A stretch of DNA of 64,000 nucleotides from assembly GCA_029881275.1 (NCBI GenBank), contig JAOUMX010000001.1:38949-102948 (forward strand), read 5' to 3'. Within the stretch, counting starts at the first letter, position 1; each line of letters starts with the position of its first letter. Positions 51,281 to 62,476 of the stretch are shown here, in pieces. The notes beneath the pieces are model-generated. The model did no database searches. It saw nothing but the letters and a program-made list of their open reading frames with translations, and was not told where the DNA came from. The stretch is from Gammaproteobacteria bacterium (lineage in GTDB: Bacteria > Pseudomonadota > Gammaproteobacteria > SZUA-229). Position numbers and translations under genes: made by a program.

Positions 51281-51696
51281 ATTTAAAACCTGATCGCCGT
51301 GACGATATCGATCTTAATTTAACACCATTGATTGATGTTGTTTTTCTATTGCTTATTTTCTTTATGGTATCGACCACATTTGAAAAACAGTCAAAGCTCA
51401 AAATAATGTTACCTGAGGCAACTGCTGCCGCTGAAGAAAGAACAGATAATCCGATTACTATTGGTATCGATGCCAGTGGCCGATACTTTATTAATGATCG
51501 CCAGCTGGTCAATACACAGGCAAAAACACTGAAGCTGGCGCTGATGAAAATCGTTGCGGATAAAAAAGATGTTTCGTTAGTCATTAGAGCGGACGCTAAA
51601 ACACCTCATGAATCTGTCGTAAAAGCAATGGATGTTGCTGCCCAACTAAATCTTACTCAGATGTCAATTGCAACACTGGATAATCAGTCTGAATAA
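51277..51696 (+). CDS. exbD: ExbD/TolR-family biopolymer transport protein
   Basis: 'DLNLTPLIDVVFLLLIFFMVSTTF'. TTG start overlapping the exbB stop. Confidence 0.85.
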   Translation: MNLKPDRRDDIDLNLTPLIDVVFLLLIFFMVSTTFEKQSKLKIMLPEATAAAEERTDNPITIGIDASGRYFINDRQLVNTQAKTLKLALMKIVADKKDVSLVIRADAKTPHESVVKAMDVAAQLNLTQMSIATLDNQSE

Positions 51697-51703
51697 TCAA
51701 TCA

Positions 51704-53458
51704 ATGAAAGAGTCACCATCACATTTAAAAGTAACCTATCGTCGCCTGGTTTCTTATACATTTAATTACTGGAAAGTTTTTCTATTAGCTATCGGTGGCA
51801 TGATTCTGGTGGCATTGTCTCAACCGGGATTTGCGGCTTTGATGGAGCCAATGCTTGATGGCAGTTTTGTTAATAAAGATCCTGTTGCTATTAAATGGAT
51901 TCCAGTTGCTATTATCGGGGTGTTTTTTGTTCGTGCTATTGGTGGATTCGCTTCTGATTATGGTATGGCCTGGGTGGGCCGTATGGTAATAAGAGATTTG
52001 CGTGAGGCCATGTTCCAGAAACTCATGTCATTACCAGGCAACTATTATGATAGTAGTTCAACCGGTAATACAATTTCAAAATTTACCTATGATGTTGAAC
52101 AGGTTTCTCAGGCGGCAACCAATGCCATTACTATTTTAATTCGCGATGTGATAATGGTTGTCAGCTTACTTGCCTATATGTTTTATTTAATTCCGGTTTT
52201 AGCTGCCGTGTTTCTTTTAATTGGGCCATTTATTGCACTTTTAATAGCGCTGGTTTCAAAACGTTTTCGAAAAGTCAGTCAACGTATACAGCAATCCATG
52301 GGTAAGGTAACTCATGTGGTTGAAGAAGCGATTCAGGCGCAGCGAGTGGTTAAAATATTTGGCGGCCAACAATATGAAACCGTTCAGTTCAATGCATCCA
52401 ATGAAATTAATTGTAGACAACAGATGAGGCTTGTCGCTACCACTAGCATTAGCACGCCTGTGATTCAGATCATCGTTGCGTTTGCGCTGGCGGGTATTAT
52501 TTATATGGCTACCATGGAAGGAATGCGAGATGAAATTACAGTGGGTGTCTTTATGGCATTTATGTCATCTATGATGATGTTATTTGCGCCTGTAAAACGA
52601 TTAACCAATGTAAATGCAATCTTACAAAAAGGTATTGCAGCTGCTGAAAGTATTTTCATTTTTCTTGATGCCGAGAATGAACATGATAATGGGGAGTATG
52701 AAGTTAATCGTGTTACAGGCAATATTGTTTTTAATGATATCAATTTCAGGTATGCATCTAATCCTGATCGATTTGTTCTGAAATCAATTAATCTGAATAT
52801 ACAGGCAGGAAAAACTATTGCTTTTGTTGGTCGTTCGGGTAGTGGAAAGTCAACATTAGTTAATCTGCTGCCGCGATTATATGATTCATATGAAGGTGAA
52901 ATTCGGATAGATGATCATGATATTCGTGATTATAAACTGAAGTCATTACGTAATCAGATTGCCTATGTGGGACAGGAAATTGTCCTTTTTAATGATACAG
53001 TAGAACATAATATCGCTTATGGCAGTTTACATAATTATTCGGAACAGGATGTCATAAAGGCGGCGCAATCTGCACATGCTTATGAATTTATAAAACAGAT
53101 GGCCAATGGATTGCAGACCATCGTAGGAGAAAAAGGTGTTTTATTATCAGGTGGTCAGCGGCAACGCATAGCAATTGCCCGTGCACTGCTAAAAGATTCA
53201 CCCATTCTGATACTTGATGAGGCAACCTCGGCTTTAGACACAGAATCTGAACGTCATATACAGGCAGCACTCGAAGAGTTAATTAAAAATCGTACAACCC
53301 TTGTTATTGCGCATCGCTTATCTACCATTGAAAATGCTGATCTTATTGTGGTTATGGATGAAGGTAGAATTGTTGAAACAGGTACGCATAAGGAATTACT
53401 GGCTCAGGGCGGTCATTACTCTTCATTACATCAAATGCAATTTGCAGAAGCCGGTTAG
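51704..53458 (+). CDS. msbA: Lipid A export ABC transporter (permease + ATPase)
   Basis: Six TM helices, then Walker A 'GRSGSGKST', signature 'LSGGQRQRIAIARAL', Walker B 'ILILDEATSALD'. Confidence 0.92.
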   Translation: MKESPSHLKVTYRRLVSYTFNYWKVFLLAIGGMILVALSQPGFAALMEPMLDGSFVNKDPVAIKWIPVAIIGVFFVRAIGGFASDYGMAWVGRMVIRDLREAMFQKLMSLPGNYYDSSSTGNTISKFTYDVEQVSQAATNAITILIRDVIMVVSLLAYMFYLIPVLAAVFLLIGPFIALLIALVSKRFRKVSQRIQQSMGKVTHVVEEAIQAQRVVKIFGGQQYETVQFNASNEINCRQQMRLVATTSISTPVIQIIVAFALAGIIYMATMEGMRDEITVGVFMAFMSSMMMLFAPVKRLTNVNAILQKGIAAAESIFIFLDAENEHDNGEYEVNRVTGNIVFNDINFRYASNPDRFVLKSINLNIQAGKTIAFVGRSGSGKSTLVNLLPRLYDSYEGEIRIDDHDIRDYKLKSLRNQIAYVGQEIVLFNDTVEHNIAYGSLHNYSEQDVIKAAQSAHAYEFIKQMANGLQTIVGEKGVLLSGGQRQRIAIARALLKDSPILILDEATSALDTESERHIQAALEELIKNRTTLVIAHRLSTIENADLIVVMDEGRIVETGTHKELLAQGGHYSSLHQMQFAEAG

Positions 53459-53472
53459 AATGCGAATAGAAA

Positions 53473-54453
53473 ATGAAACGTCTCGATGATTATTGGTATA
53501 ACCAGAATCCTGTTGCCTGGATTTTGTATCCTGTATCAGTCATCTTTTGCTTAATCGCCACCTTAAGAAAATTTCTTTATAAGATTCATTTTTTCAAATC
53601 ACCCGATATTCCAGTACCTGTTGTTATTGTCGGTAATATTTCAATAGGTGGTACAGGTAAAACCCCTTTATTAATAGCTTTATGTAAACAGCTGCAGGAG
53701 TTGGGATTTAAACCGGGTATTATCAGTCGGGGCTATGGCGGTCAGGCCAGATCATGGCCGCAAAAAGTGAGCATCGATAGTCCGGCACTAGAGGTGGGTG
53801 ATGAGCCTGTGCTGATCGTACGAAATACACATTGCCCTGTGGTGGTGGGGCCTGACAGAGTCAAAGATATTGAGTTATTACTGGCCGATAATGACTGTAA
53901 TATTATTCTGGCCGATGATGGTCTGCAGCATTATCGTTTACACCGTGACATTGAAATTGCCGTTATTGATGCCAGTCGCCTGACAGGTAATGGTTTTTGT
54001 TTACCGGCGGGGCCTTTGCGCGAACCCCGAAGCCGTCTTAGTGGTGTTGACATGGTGATTTATAATGGTGGCAAGACTGAGGCGTTATCTTTTAGTCTGC
54101 AACATGCTCAACTTATTGCCGTTTGCGATCAGCAGGATAACCTTGTGCTTGAGTCATTAAAACATAAGCAGGCTCATGCAGTTGCGGGTATCGGTAATCC
54201 AGAACGATTTTTTGACCTGCTAAAAAGTTATGATATTGATATTATTAAGCATAACTTTCCTGATCATCACATCTATACAGCAGACGAACTTCAATTTAAT
54301 GATGAATTACCCGTATTAATGACAGAGAAAGATGCGGTAAAATGTACGCAACTCGGTCTTGCAAACAGCTGGTATCTACCTGTCACTGCGGTGTTATCAG
54401 AGGCTGCCAGTTCACAATTCAATAAGTTAATCAAGCAGGTCTGTGATGGATAA
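53473..54453 (+). CDS. lpxK: Tetraacyldisaccharide 4'-kinase
   Basis: '[17 protein letters not shown]'. Confidence 0.92.
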   Translation: MKRLDDYWYNQNPVAWILYPVSVIFCLIATLRKFLYKIHFFKSPDIPVPVVIVGNISIGGTGKTPLLIALCKQLQELGFKPGIISRGYGGQARSWPQKVSIDSPALEVGDEPVLIVRNTHCPVVVGPDRVKDIELLLADNDCNIILADDGLQHYRLHRDIEIAVIDASRLTGNGFCLPAGPLREPRSRLSGVDMVIYNGGKTEALSFSLQHAQLIAVCDQQDNLVLESLKHKQAHAVAGIGNPERFFDLLKSYDIDIIKHNFPDHHIYTADELQFNDELPVLMTEKDAVKCTQLGLANSWYLPVTAVLSEAASSQFNKLIKQVCDG

Positions 54454-54625
54454 GAAATTACTCGAAATACTCGTTTGTCCTATATGTAAAGGCAAGTTGG
54501 CTCATGATAAAAAAGCCAGTGAATTAATCTGCGAAACAGATGCACTGGCATTTCCTGTGCGTGATGGCATTCCTGTCATGTTAGAAGATGAAGCTCGTAA
54601 AATAGATTCGACTACTCAAAAATAG
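54446..54625 (+). CDS. ycaR: Trm112-like protein (UPF0434, YcaR)
   Basis: '[14 protein letters not shown]' and 'DGIPVML'. Confidence 0.85.
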   Translation: MDKKLLEILVCPICKGKLAHDKKASELICETDALAFPVRDGIPVMLEDEARKIDSTTQK

Positions 54626-54630
54626 AACTT

Positions 54631-55392
54631 ATGTCACTTGAATTTAAAGTAGTAATACCGGCGCGTTATGCTTCGACACGATTCGAAGGTAAACCCCTGG
54701 CTGATATTTGTGGTAAGCCTATGCTGCAATATGTCTATGCATGTGCTATCAAGGCTGGTGCCGAGCAGGTGATCATCGCGACTGATGATGAACGTATAAA
54801 AAGTGTTGCCGAATCATTTGGGGCGGATGTTTGCATGACATCATCTGATCATGCCTCAGGTACTGATCGACTGGCAGAGGTCAGTTTACAATATCAATGG
54901 GATACTAATGATATAGTCGTTAATCTTCAGGGTGATGAACCTTTAACGCCGCCTTCAATATTAAGACAGGTTGCATTAAACCTGGCTGATCATCCAAAAG
55001 CGGGTATCGCAACATTATCGACACCGATTCAATCTGCACAGGATGTGCATGACCCTAATATTGTAAAAGTCATTACAGATGCTGAAGGATATGCGCTGTA
55101 TTTTAGTCGTTCAGTTATTCCTTATAATCGTGATCTGGCTAACCAGTTAACGGATGAGCAGGCAGCCTATTATCAACGACATCTTGGTATTTATGCTTAT
55201 CGGGTTAGTTTTCTACATGCGTATACAAATATGCAGTCATGCAGTCTTGAAAGGACTGAAAAACTTGAACAACTGCGTGCTTTGTATAGTGGTATTGCGA
55301 TACATGTTGATGAAGCAATTGATCTTCCAGGTCCCGGTGTCGATACACCTGAAGATCTGATTGCTGTTAAAAACCTGCTAACTAATATTTAA
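54631..55392 (+). CDS. kdsB: 3-deoxy-manno-octulosonate cytidylyltransferase (CMP-Kdo synthetase)
   Basis: 'VVIPARYASTRFEGKPL'. Confidence 0.93.
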   Translation: MSLEFKVVIPARYASTRFEGKPLADICGKPMLQYVYACAIKAGAEQVIIATDDERIKSVAESFGADVCMTSSDHASGTDRLAEVSLQYQWDTNDIVVNLQGDEPLTPPSILRQVALNLADHPKAGIATLSTPIQSAQDVHDPNIVKVITDAEGYALYFSRSVIPYNRDLANQLTDEQAAYYQRHLGIYAYRVSFLHAYTNMQSCSLERTEKLEQLRALYSGIAIHVDEAIDLPGPGVDTPEDLIAVKNLLTNI

Positions 55393-55396
55393 ATCG

Positions 55397-57538
55397 ATGT
55401 CTGAACTTCAACAATTTTTTGCCAGCTGTCCTAAAGGGATAGAAGACCTGCTTTTAAATGAATTGCAATCACTTGGTGTACAGAATTCAGTTTCTGCATC
55501 CGCTGGTGTCAGTTTTCAGGGTGATCTGACCATTGCCTATAAAGTATGTTTGTGGTCACGACTAGCAAGCCGTGTGCTTCTACTGATTAAAACATTTGCG
55601 GCTAAGGATGATGATGAATTATATCGTCAGATTCAAACCGTTAAATGGTCTGATCATGTCAATATGGCAGGTACACTGGCTGTTAATTGTCATGTCAGTC
55701 ATTCTGCCATAACTAACAGCCATTATGCGGCACTTAAAGTTAAAGATGCGATTGTAGATCAGTTTGTAGAACTCTTTGAACAGCGTCCATCTGTAGATCG
55801 TGACAACCCTGATATCAGAATTAATTTATATATACACCGCGACCAGGCATCTTTAAGTATCGATCTATCCGGTGAGTCCTTACATAAACGTGGCTTTAGA
55901 AAATCAAGTGTTACAGCGCCCATGAAAGAGAATCTGGCAGCCGCTGTATTAATGCGTTCAGGCTGGCCAAATGAATCTATGACGCTGGTTGATTTGATGT
56001 GTGGTTCAGGCACTATTCTGATTGAAGCCGCATTGATGGCATTAAATATTGCACCAGGTGTAGAAAGACAGCAATTCGGATTCACAACGTGGAAAGGACA
56101 TGATCATGCTGCATGGCAAAGTTTACTTAGCCAGGCACAGCAACAGAAGAAACAAAGCCTTAAAACTGAAAATTTGATTATCAGGGGTTATGATCAGGAT
56201 GCGTCAGCAGTTAAAGCCGCACGGCAGAATATTCAGGCAGCAGGTCTGGATAAGTATATAAAAGTTGAAATCAGAAGCATTGATGATTGTGTAAGCAACA
56301 ATGATTTAAAACCAGGTCTTGTTATTGTGAATCCACCTTACGGTGAAAGACTTGGTGAAGAAAAAGAACTGGCATATTTATATGCTGAAATAGGTAATTG
56401 CTGGAAACGTTATTTTGGTGAATGGTGCGCAGCTTTATTTACTGGGAATATCAACCTGGCTACTCATGTCGGCCTGCGTTCACATAAAGACAATACACTT
56501 TATAATGGCGCTATTAAATGTAAACTTTTTCAGTATAAGTTGAGGCCGGCAAAACCAGATCATCTGATAGAAAAGGAAGAGCAGGCTGAGATACAGGCAA
56601 AACAGATGTTTGCAAACCGGCTGACGAAAAACTACAAACATTTGTCAAAATGGGCGAAAAGAAATAATATAGAGTGTTATCGTGTTTATGATGCGGATCT
56701 GCCTGAGTTTTCTGCAGCTATTGATATTTATGTTGACTGGGTACATGTGCAGGAATATGAAGCACCCGCTACAATTGATATCCGTAAAGCCAGGCAGCGT
56801 CTTAATAACATAATGTCTGTTATACCTGATGTACTTAAGATTAATGAATCACATATTATTCTTAAAACAAGGCGTCAACAAAAAGGTATAAAGCAATATG
56901 AAAAGCAGTCAGATCAGAAACATTTTCATGTGATACATGAGAATGAGCTTGAATTCTATATCAATCTTGAAGATTATCTGGATACCGGTTTATTTCTGGA
57001 TCACCGCCTTACCCGTGAGATGATCAGAACCATGTCGAAAGATAAGGATGTTCTTAATTTATTTGCCTATACAGGTTCAGTATCCATTTATGCAGCAGCC
57101 GGAGGTGCTCGTTCTGTTACTACCGTGGATATGTCAAATACGTATCTGGATTGGGCCAGGAGAAACTTTAAACTAAATAGACTAAATGGTGATCACTACC
57201 ATTTTATTAAAGCAGACTGTATTAAATGGTTAATCGACGAGAAAAACAGTGCTAATAAATATGATTTAATTTTTCTTGATCCACCCACATTTTCTAACTC
57301 AAAAAGCATGGAAAATAATTTTGATGTTCAAAAAGATCATGTTTTTCTGATATATTCCGCTATGAAATTATTGAATAGAAACGGTTCACTTATATTTTCT
57401 AATAATTTTAGAAAGTTCAGGCTGGATCAATCGCTTCTAAATGAGTTTGATGTTGAAGATATCAGTTTGAAAACGATTCCAGAAGATTTTAAACGCAATC
57501 AGAAAATTCATAATTGCTGGAAAATTAGTCATAAATAA
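55397..57538 (+). CDS. rlmL: 23S rRNA m2G2445 / m7G2069 bifunctional methyltransferase
   Basis: 713 aa with THUMP domain plus two methyltransferase domains ('DLMCGSGTILIEAA', 'VIVNPPYGERLG'). Confidence 0.9.
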   Translation: MSELQQFFASCPKGIEDLLLNELQSLGVQNSVSASAGVSFQGDLTIAYKVCLWSRLASRVLLLIKTFAAKDDDELYRQIQTVKWSDHVNMAGTLAVNCHVSHSAITNSHYAALKVKDAIVDQFVELFEQRPSVDRDNPDIRINLYIHRDQASLSIDLSGESLHKRGFRKSSVTAPMKENLAAAVLMRSGWPNESMTLVDLMCGSGTILIEAALMALNIAPGVERQQFGFTTWKGHDHAAWQSLLSQAQQQKKQSLKTENLIIRGYDQDASAVKAARQNIQAAGLDKYIKVEIRSIDDCVSNNDLKPGLVIVNPPYGERLGEEKELAYLYAEIGNCWKRYFGEWCAALFTGNINLATHVGLRSHKDNTLYNGAIKCKLFQYKLRPAKPDHLIEKEEQAEIQAKQMFANRLTKNYKHLSKWAKRNNIECYRVYDADLPEFSAAIDIYVDWVHVQEYEAPATIDIRKARQRLNNIMSVIPDVLKINESHIILKTRRQQKGIKQYEKQSDQKHFHVIHENELEFYINLEDYLDTGLFLDHRLTREMIRTMSKDKDVLNLFAYTGSVSIYAAAGGARSVTTVDMSNTYLDWARRNFKLNRLNGDHYHFIKADCIKWLIDEKNSANKYDLIFLDPPTFSNSKSMENNFDVQKDHVFLIYSAMKLLNRNGSLIFSNNFRKFRLDQSLLNEFDVEDISLKTIPEDFKRNQKIHNCWKISHK

Positions 57539-57592
57539 TTGATTGTGGCCTGATTAAATTCAGTCAGATCTCCATTGTAATTCCTGAATAAA

Positions 57593-57620
57593 AAAGCCAC
57601 TTCTTCAGTGGCTTTTTTAT
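57593..57620. terminator. Bidirectional rho-independent terminator (rlmL on plus strand, rsd on minus)
   Basis: aaaaagccact-tcttc-agtggcttttttt. Confidence 0.8.
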
Positions 57621-57655
57621 TCACAGTATTATAATACCAGCAAGTCGATTGATAT

Positions 57656-58153
57656 TTACTGCATTACCTCGGCATTTTCATTTGATTTGGCTGTTAAAAG
57701 GGTATTGATCAACTGGTCTTCGAGTTCTATGCGAGTAGCCAGTTCTTCACCCAGTTTAGACAGGTGATGAGTGAGTTGATCTTTTGAAATATCACTTAAA
57801 TCGTTGCCACTATCGTATTTGTCATTAAATTCAACGGCAATTTGTGTGGTTTTCTCTATACGAGGATAGATAGAGTCTGCCAGCTTAACAATTTCATGGC
57901 GTCTTTCAACACCTTCAGAGATTCGCTGGTAAAGTTCAAAATGACCAATCGCAATATAATCGATTAGTAGCTGGCAGAATTCCTGTATCTGTTCGGGTTC
58001 AATTTCATCTGTATTTACGCTGGTCCCATCGCAACCTGCAAGATTACAGTACATTGACAGTACTTCATTGCGTTCTGCGATAAGCTGTTTGATTTCACGA
58101 CGAGTTCGCGAGCGTCTGTCGTTAGAAGGTTGACGATCCGTATAATCGTTCAT
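57656..58153 (-). CDS. rsd: Rsd/AlgQ-family regulator of sigma-70 (anti-sigma-D)
   Basis: 'IKQLIAERNEVLSMYCNLAG' and 'DYIAIGHFELYQRI'. ATG at 58153 preceded by AAGGTG. Confidence 0.8.
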   Translation of the reverse strand: MNDYTDRQPSNDRRSRTRREIKQLIAERNEVLSMYCNLAGCDGTSVNTDEIEPEQIQEFCQLLIDYIAIGHFELYQRISEGVERRHEIVKLADSIYPRIEKTTQIAVEFNDKYDSGNDLSDISKDQLTHHLSKLGEELATRIELEDQLINTLLTAKSNENAEVMQ

Positions 58154-58435
58154 CAGAAACACCTTTGATCTTTATTAATTTATATTAAGGTCTTAATTTT
58201 TATAACAAAATGAGACCCTTGTTTTTATTGAATATAAATTGCCTTAATTAGGGAAATAAATCAAGAAAAAGTGACATAATCCTATTTAATTAATTGATAA
58301 GGTAATTTTAGAGATTACTCATATATCTTGCAGGATGATAAAACCTTACTCTAAGTGTTTGATATTATGACTTTTATTAACATAAGATAATCATCTTCCT
58401 GTTAATTAAAAATGTGTGCCGGGTGCTCATTCATT

Positions 58436-59059
58436 ATGAAAAACATAAATATGCCAACTGCAGAGCAGGCAATAGCAGGCCGTAATCAGGCAATACAGAT
58501 ATCCGGTACCCATTTTGTTAGTGGGCACTCATTTAATCAAAATATTCCAGACATAATGGAAAAAGCCGTTTTTGGACTGGGCTGTTTCTGGGGAGCTGAA
58601 CGTTTATTCTGGCTTATTGAAGGTGTTTACGCGACAGCGGTCGGTTATTCTGCGGGTTTTACAGTTAACCCTAATTATCAGGAGGTTTGTACTGGAATGA
58701 CCGGACATAATGAAGTTGTGCTGGTTATTTTTGACCCTGCTATAGTCAGTTATGAGGCTCTACTTGCCGCATTCTGGGAAGCACATGATCCGACACAGGG
58801 TATGCGTCAGGGTAATGATATTGGAACCCAGTATCGATCAGGTATATATACATTCAGTAATAGACAAATGTCTCAGGCTGAAACATCTCGTGAACTATTT
58901 CAGCAGTTATTAACAGAACAGGGGATGGGGTTAATTACAACTGAAATTATGCCTGTATCTGCGTTTTATTTCGCAGAGGAATATCATCAGCAATATCTGG
59001 CAAAGAATCCAAATGGATATTGTGGTTTACGGGGTACAGGGCTTAGGTTAAACCAGTAA
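58436..59059 (+). CDS. msrA: Peptide methionine sulfoxide reductase A
   Basis: Active site '[12 protein letters not shown]'. Confidence 0.93.
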   Translation: MKNINMPTAEQAIAGRNQAIQISGTHFVSGHSFNQNIPDIMEKAVFGLGCFWGAERLFWLIEGVYATAVGYSAGFTVNPNYQEVCTGMTGHNEVVLVIFDPAIVSYEALLAAFWEAHDPTQGMRQGNDIGTQYRSGIYTFSNRQMSQAETSRELFQQLLTEQGMGLITTEIMPVSAFYFAEEYHQQYLAKNPNGYCGLRGTGLRLNQ

Positions 59060-59091
59060 AATATTGACTCAATTATTAGAATAAAACACAT

Positions 59092-61509
59092 ATGAGCAAA
59101 TCAATTCAGCAACTTGAATATGAATTAAAAAATGCAAAAGCCCGTATCGAGGAACTGGAATTACGGGAACAATCTCAATTAGTTGAACTAACTCTACATA
59201 GCCAGATTTTACAAAATATGTCAGAAGGCGTGTATATGGTCAGTGCTGACGATTCTGCTATTGTTTATGCCAATCCGGTGTTTGAAAAAATGTTTGGTTA
59301 TGAACATGGCGAACTGGTCGGGAAACATGTCAGTATAGTTAATGCACCTGATACGCATCCGGAGAAAACAGCCAGTGATATTATAGGCTATCTTGAAAAA
59401 ACAGGTCGCTGGCAGGGCGAGATCAAGAATATTAAAAAAGATGGGACTGTATTCTGGTGTCTTGCTAATGTTTCATTGTATAAAAGTTCACAATATGGAT
59501 CTGTTTATATTTCGGTTCACCAGGATATAACTCAACAAAAAAAGATAGAAGGTGAATTAGCTAAGAAAAGCGAGTTCGAAAATCGGTTATTTGAAACGGC
59601 ACAAGTTATTATTCTTGTGCTTGATACAGAAGGTCGGATTGTGAATATTAATCCTTACATGGAGTCAAAAACCGGCTATAAACTTGATGAGATTGTTGGA
59701 AAAGACTGGTTTGATACTTTTATTCCTGGCCCAGATCAGAAAGCCATTAGAGAATTATTTAGAACCTGTATTCATGATATTAAAACAAATGGCAATATTA
59801 ACCCAATACTAACGAAAAATGGCGAGCTAATAGATGTTGAATGGTACGATTCTACATTGAAAGATTCTAAAGGTAGTGTTATTGGGTTGCTTGCGATTGG
59901 TCAGGACGTTACTGAAAAACGAAAATCCCAGATTGAACATCAGAAAACCTTGGGTAGCTTAATTGAAATTCAAAATGCCATGGATCTCATTGGTCTGGGT
60001 ATTCACATGGTGACAATGGATGGTGAATTTCTTTATGTTAATGATGCAGCTGCAAATATGCTGGGTTATTCGAAACAGGAATTACTAGGTAAGGGCATAG
60101 AAGGTATAGATCCTAATTATACAAAAGAAAGCTTTTCCAGGGTCACATCTTCTTTGCGGTGTAATAATCCCGGTAAAATTGAAACCACTCAACTTTCAAA
60201 AAACGGGGTTCTAATACCTGTTGAAGTTGCATTTCATTATTTTCCAGAAACGACTAATAGACCAGAACATTTTATTTCTTTTCTAACTGATTTGACAGAG
60301 CGTAAAGCTGTTGACGCTGAAAATAAAAAATTACAACAGCAATTGTTGCAGTCACAGAAAATGGAAGCGATTGGTCATTTAACCGGTGGTATTGCACATG
60401 ATTTCAATAATATGCTTGCTGCAATACTGGGATATGCTGGGTTAATAGAAAATGACCTGATGGATGAATTAAAGACCAGGAACAAGTCAAAAGATTATCT
60501 TGATCAAATAATGTTGGCAGCTAACAGGGCAAGAGAACTTATTGGTCAAATGTTGATCTTTAGTCGACAATCATCAGATGATGTTGCTGATGTGCCTGTG
60601 ATTGAACTTCAACCTGTTGTTAAAGAAGTTGTTAACTTATTGAAATCATCTATTCCTGCCACAATTAATATAAGCCTTAATGTGATAAATGATGATTTGC
60701 ATGCTCAGATTAATTCTGTTCAATTGCACCAGGTTATTCTCAATTTAGGTATAAATGCACGTGATGCTATAGATAATTATGGTCATATTAATATTAGTTT
60801 ACAAAAACAAAATATACATGATGTGTGTATGTCCTGTCATAATGAATTTAATGGTGATTATGCAGAAATTATAATTTCTGACACGGGTAGTGGTATACCT
60901 GTGGATAAATTAGCCAGAATTTTTGAGCCTTTTTATACGACTAAAGAGATAGGCAAAGGAACAGGAATGGGATTATCTGTTGTGCATGGTGTTATTCATG
61001 CAAATGGTGGTCACATTCTAGTGTCAAATAATACAAATAAGGGATTAACAGTTCGTATTTTATTGCCTTTAATTGAGATTAGTGAGGTTAAAGATAATAA
61101 AGACGAGGTGCTTTCTGATATAGATAACCAATTGTCCGGTTTACGTATTATGATTGTTGATGATGAGAGGCAAATTGCATCAATGATGGGTGAGATATTT
61201 GAAATGCACGGTGCAGAAGCAATTGTCTATAATCGATCTGCTGATGCGCTTGATTATTTTAAGGGACATCCCTATGAAGTGGATTTGATATTGACAGATG
61301 AAACCATGCCAGGGTTAAGTGGTCTGGATATGTCAAAGTCTATGCTCGCTATTCGATCAAATCTACCCATTATTATCAGTACGGGTTATAGTGAGCATGT
61401 TAATCCCAAAATTGCACGTCAGCATGGGATATCCGGGTTTATGATGAAGCCTGTAAAGATAGAAAATTTGCTTGCAATGATTAGTGATTTAACACTATCA
61501 AAAAACTAA
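59092..61509 (+). CDS. Cytoplasmic hybrid sensor histidine kinase (coiled coil, about 3 PAS, HisKA, HATPase, REC)
   Basis: No TM helix. PAS repeats ('VYMVSADDSAIVYANPVFEKMFGY...'), H-box 'IGHLTGGIAHDFNNML', G-box 'DTGSGIPV', receiver 'LRIMIVDDE...LILTDETMPGLSG'. Confidence 0.85.
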   Translation: MSKSIQQLEYELKNAKARIEELELREQSQLVELTLHSQILQNMSEGVYMVSADDSAIVYANPVFEKMFGYEHGELVGKHVSIVNAPDTHPEKTASDIIGYLEKTGRWQGEIKNIKKDGTVFWCLANVSLYKSSQYGSVYISVHQDITQQKKIEGELAKKSEFENRLFETAQVIILVLDTEGRIVNINPYMESKTGYKLDEIVGKDWFDTFIPGPDQKAIRELFRTCIHDIKTNGNINPILTKNGELIDVEWYDSTLKDSKGSVIGLLAIGQDVTEKRKSQIEHQKTLGSLIEIQNAMDLIGLGIHMVTMDGEFLYVNDAAANMLGYSKQELLGKGIEGIDPNYTKESFSRVTSSLRCNNPGKIETTQLSKNGVLIPVEVAFHYFPETTNRPEHFISFLTDLTERKAVDAENKKLQQQLLQSQKMEAIGHLTGGIAHDFNNMLAAILGYAGLIENDLMDELKTRNKSKDYLDQIMLAANRARELIGQMLIFSRQSSDDVADVPVIELQPVVKEVVNLLKSSIPATINISLNVINDDLHAQINSVQLHQVILNLGINARDAIDNYGHINISLQKQNIHDVCMSCHNEFNGDYAEIIISDTGSGIPVDKLARIFEPFYTTKEIGKGTGMGLSVVHGVIHANGGHILVSNNTNKGLTVRILLPLIEISEVKDNKDEVLSDIDNQLSGLRIMIVDDERQIASMMGEIFEMHGAEAIVYNRSADALDYFKGHPYEVDLILTDETMPGLSGLDMSKSMLAIRSNLPIIISTGYSEHVNPKIARQHGISGFMMKPVKIENLLAMISDLTLSKN

Positions 61510-61612
61510 TACTTATTTCTGGCTGGTATATAAGCTGATGATAATAGCAATTAACACTGACAGAAAATATAATTCTGAAAGGCCGTATAAGAACTCCTGG
61601 TCATTCACTTCC

Positions 61613-62476
61613 ATGGCCTCGTTGCTTATGTTTCTTATATTCTCGACAACAATATCTGCAGATACAATTTCACAGGTCATGGACAGTAAGCTTGTTGGTC
61701 TTGCTGATTATAGGCCTGGTGATGCTGATAAGCCTGCACTGCTGATTTTGCACGGGTTCTTACAGACGCATAATTTCGGTATTATTAAATCTTTGACAGA
61801 TGAACTTGCAGACAATGGTTATACTGTTCTTGCGCCAACCTTAACTTTAGGCATTGACAAGAGAGCAAGAAGTTTTACTTGCGATATGATTCAATCGCAC
61901 AAGTTTGATGATCAATATGCAGAACTGGATAGCTGGATAAATTGGCTAAAAAATAATGGTCACAGTGAGATTATTTTAATAGGTCACAGTACTGGCGGTC
62001 TCGGTGTCCTGGCTTATAGCGCTTTACGCAATACATTATCTGTATCCATTATGGGTCTGATTGTTATCAATCCAACCATTCTAGTGACTAAAAGTGAGCG
62101 GGACAAAATCAATAAAAATCTAGTCGTAGCGCGTGAATTGCTTGCTAAAAATAAAAATGAACTTGGCGAGTTCACACTTGCTTATTGTGTCGATAATTAT
62201 ATTTCATCACCAGGATCCTATATTAGTTATGCATCAATAACTGAAAATGATTTATTTTCTTATTTTTCGAATGCTAACCATCCTGTTATTAATATCGTGG
62301 CTAGCGACGATAAGCTCATTCCGGAAAACATGGGTAATAAACTAAGAAAAAAAGGTGGTAATGTTATTGATATAGATGGGGCTAATCATTTTTTTACCAA
62401 TGGTCATGAATTTGAACTTTTTGATGCTGTTAATAAAGCTATTTTAATTCTTAATAAAAAACAAAGTGATGTATGA
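61613..62476 (+). CDS. Secreted alpha/beta-hydrolase-fold protein
   Basis: Signal peptide 'MASLLMFLIFSTTISA' and nucleophile elbow 'GHSTGG'. ATG at 61613 (track start 61538 lies upstream in-frame). Confidence 0.7.
   Translation: MASLLMFLIFSTTISADTISQVMDSKLVGLADYRPGDADKPALLILHGFLQTHNFGIIKSLTDELADNGYTVLAPTLTLGIDKRARSFTCDMIQSHKFDDQYAELDSWINWLKNNGHSEIILIGHSTGGLGVLAYSALRNTLSVSIMGLIVINPTILVTKSERDKINKNLVVARELLAKNKNELGEFTLAYCVDNYISSPGSYISYASITENDLFSYFSNANHPVINIVASDDKLIPENMGNKLRKKGGNVIDIDGANHFFTNGHEFELFDAVNKAILILNKKQSDV

Noticed and set aside
58163-58435. Regulatory RNA or element in the 270-bp rsd / msrA divergent region
   Set aside because: A/T-rich with no stable stem-loop or recognisable motif. 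Best explained as two divergent promoters.
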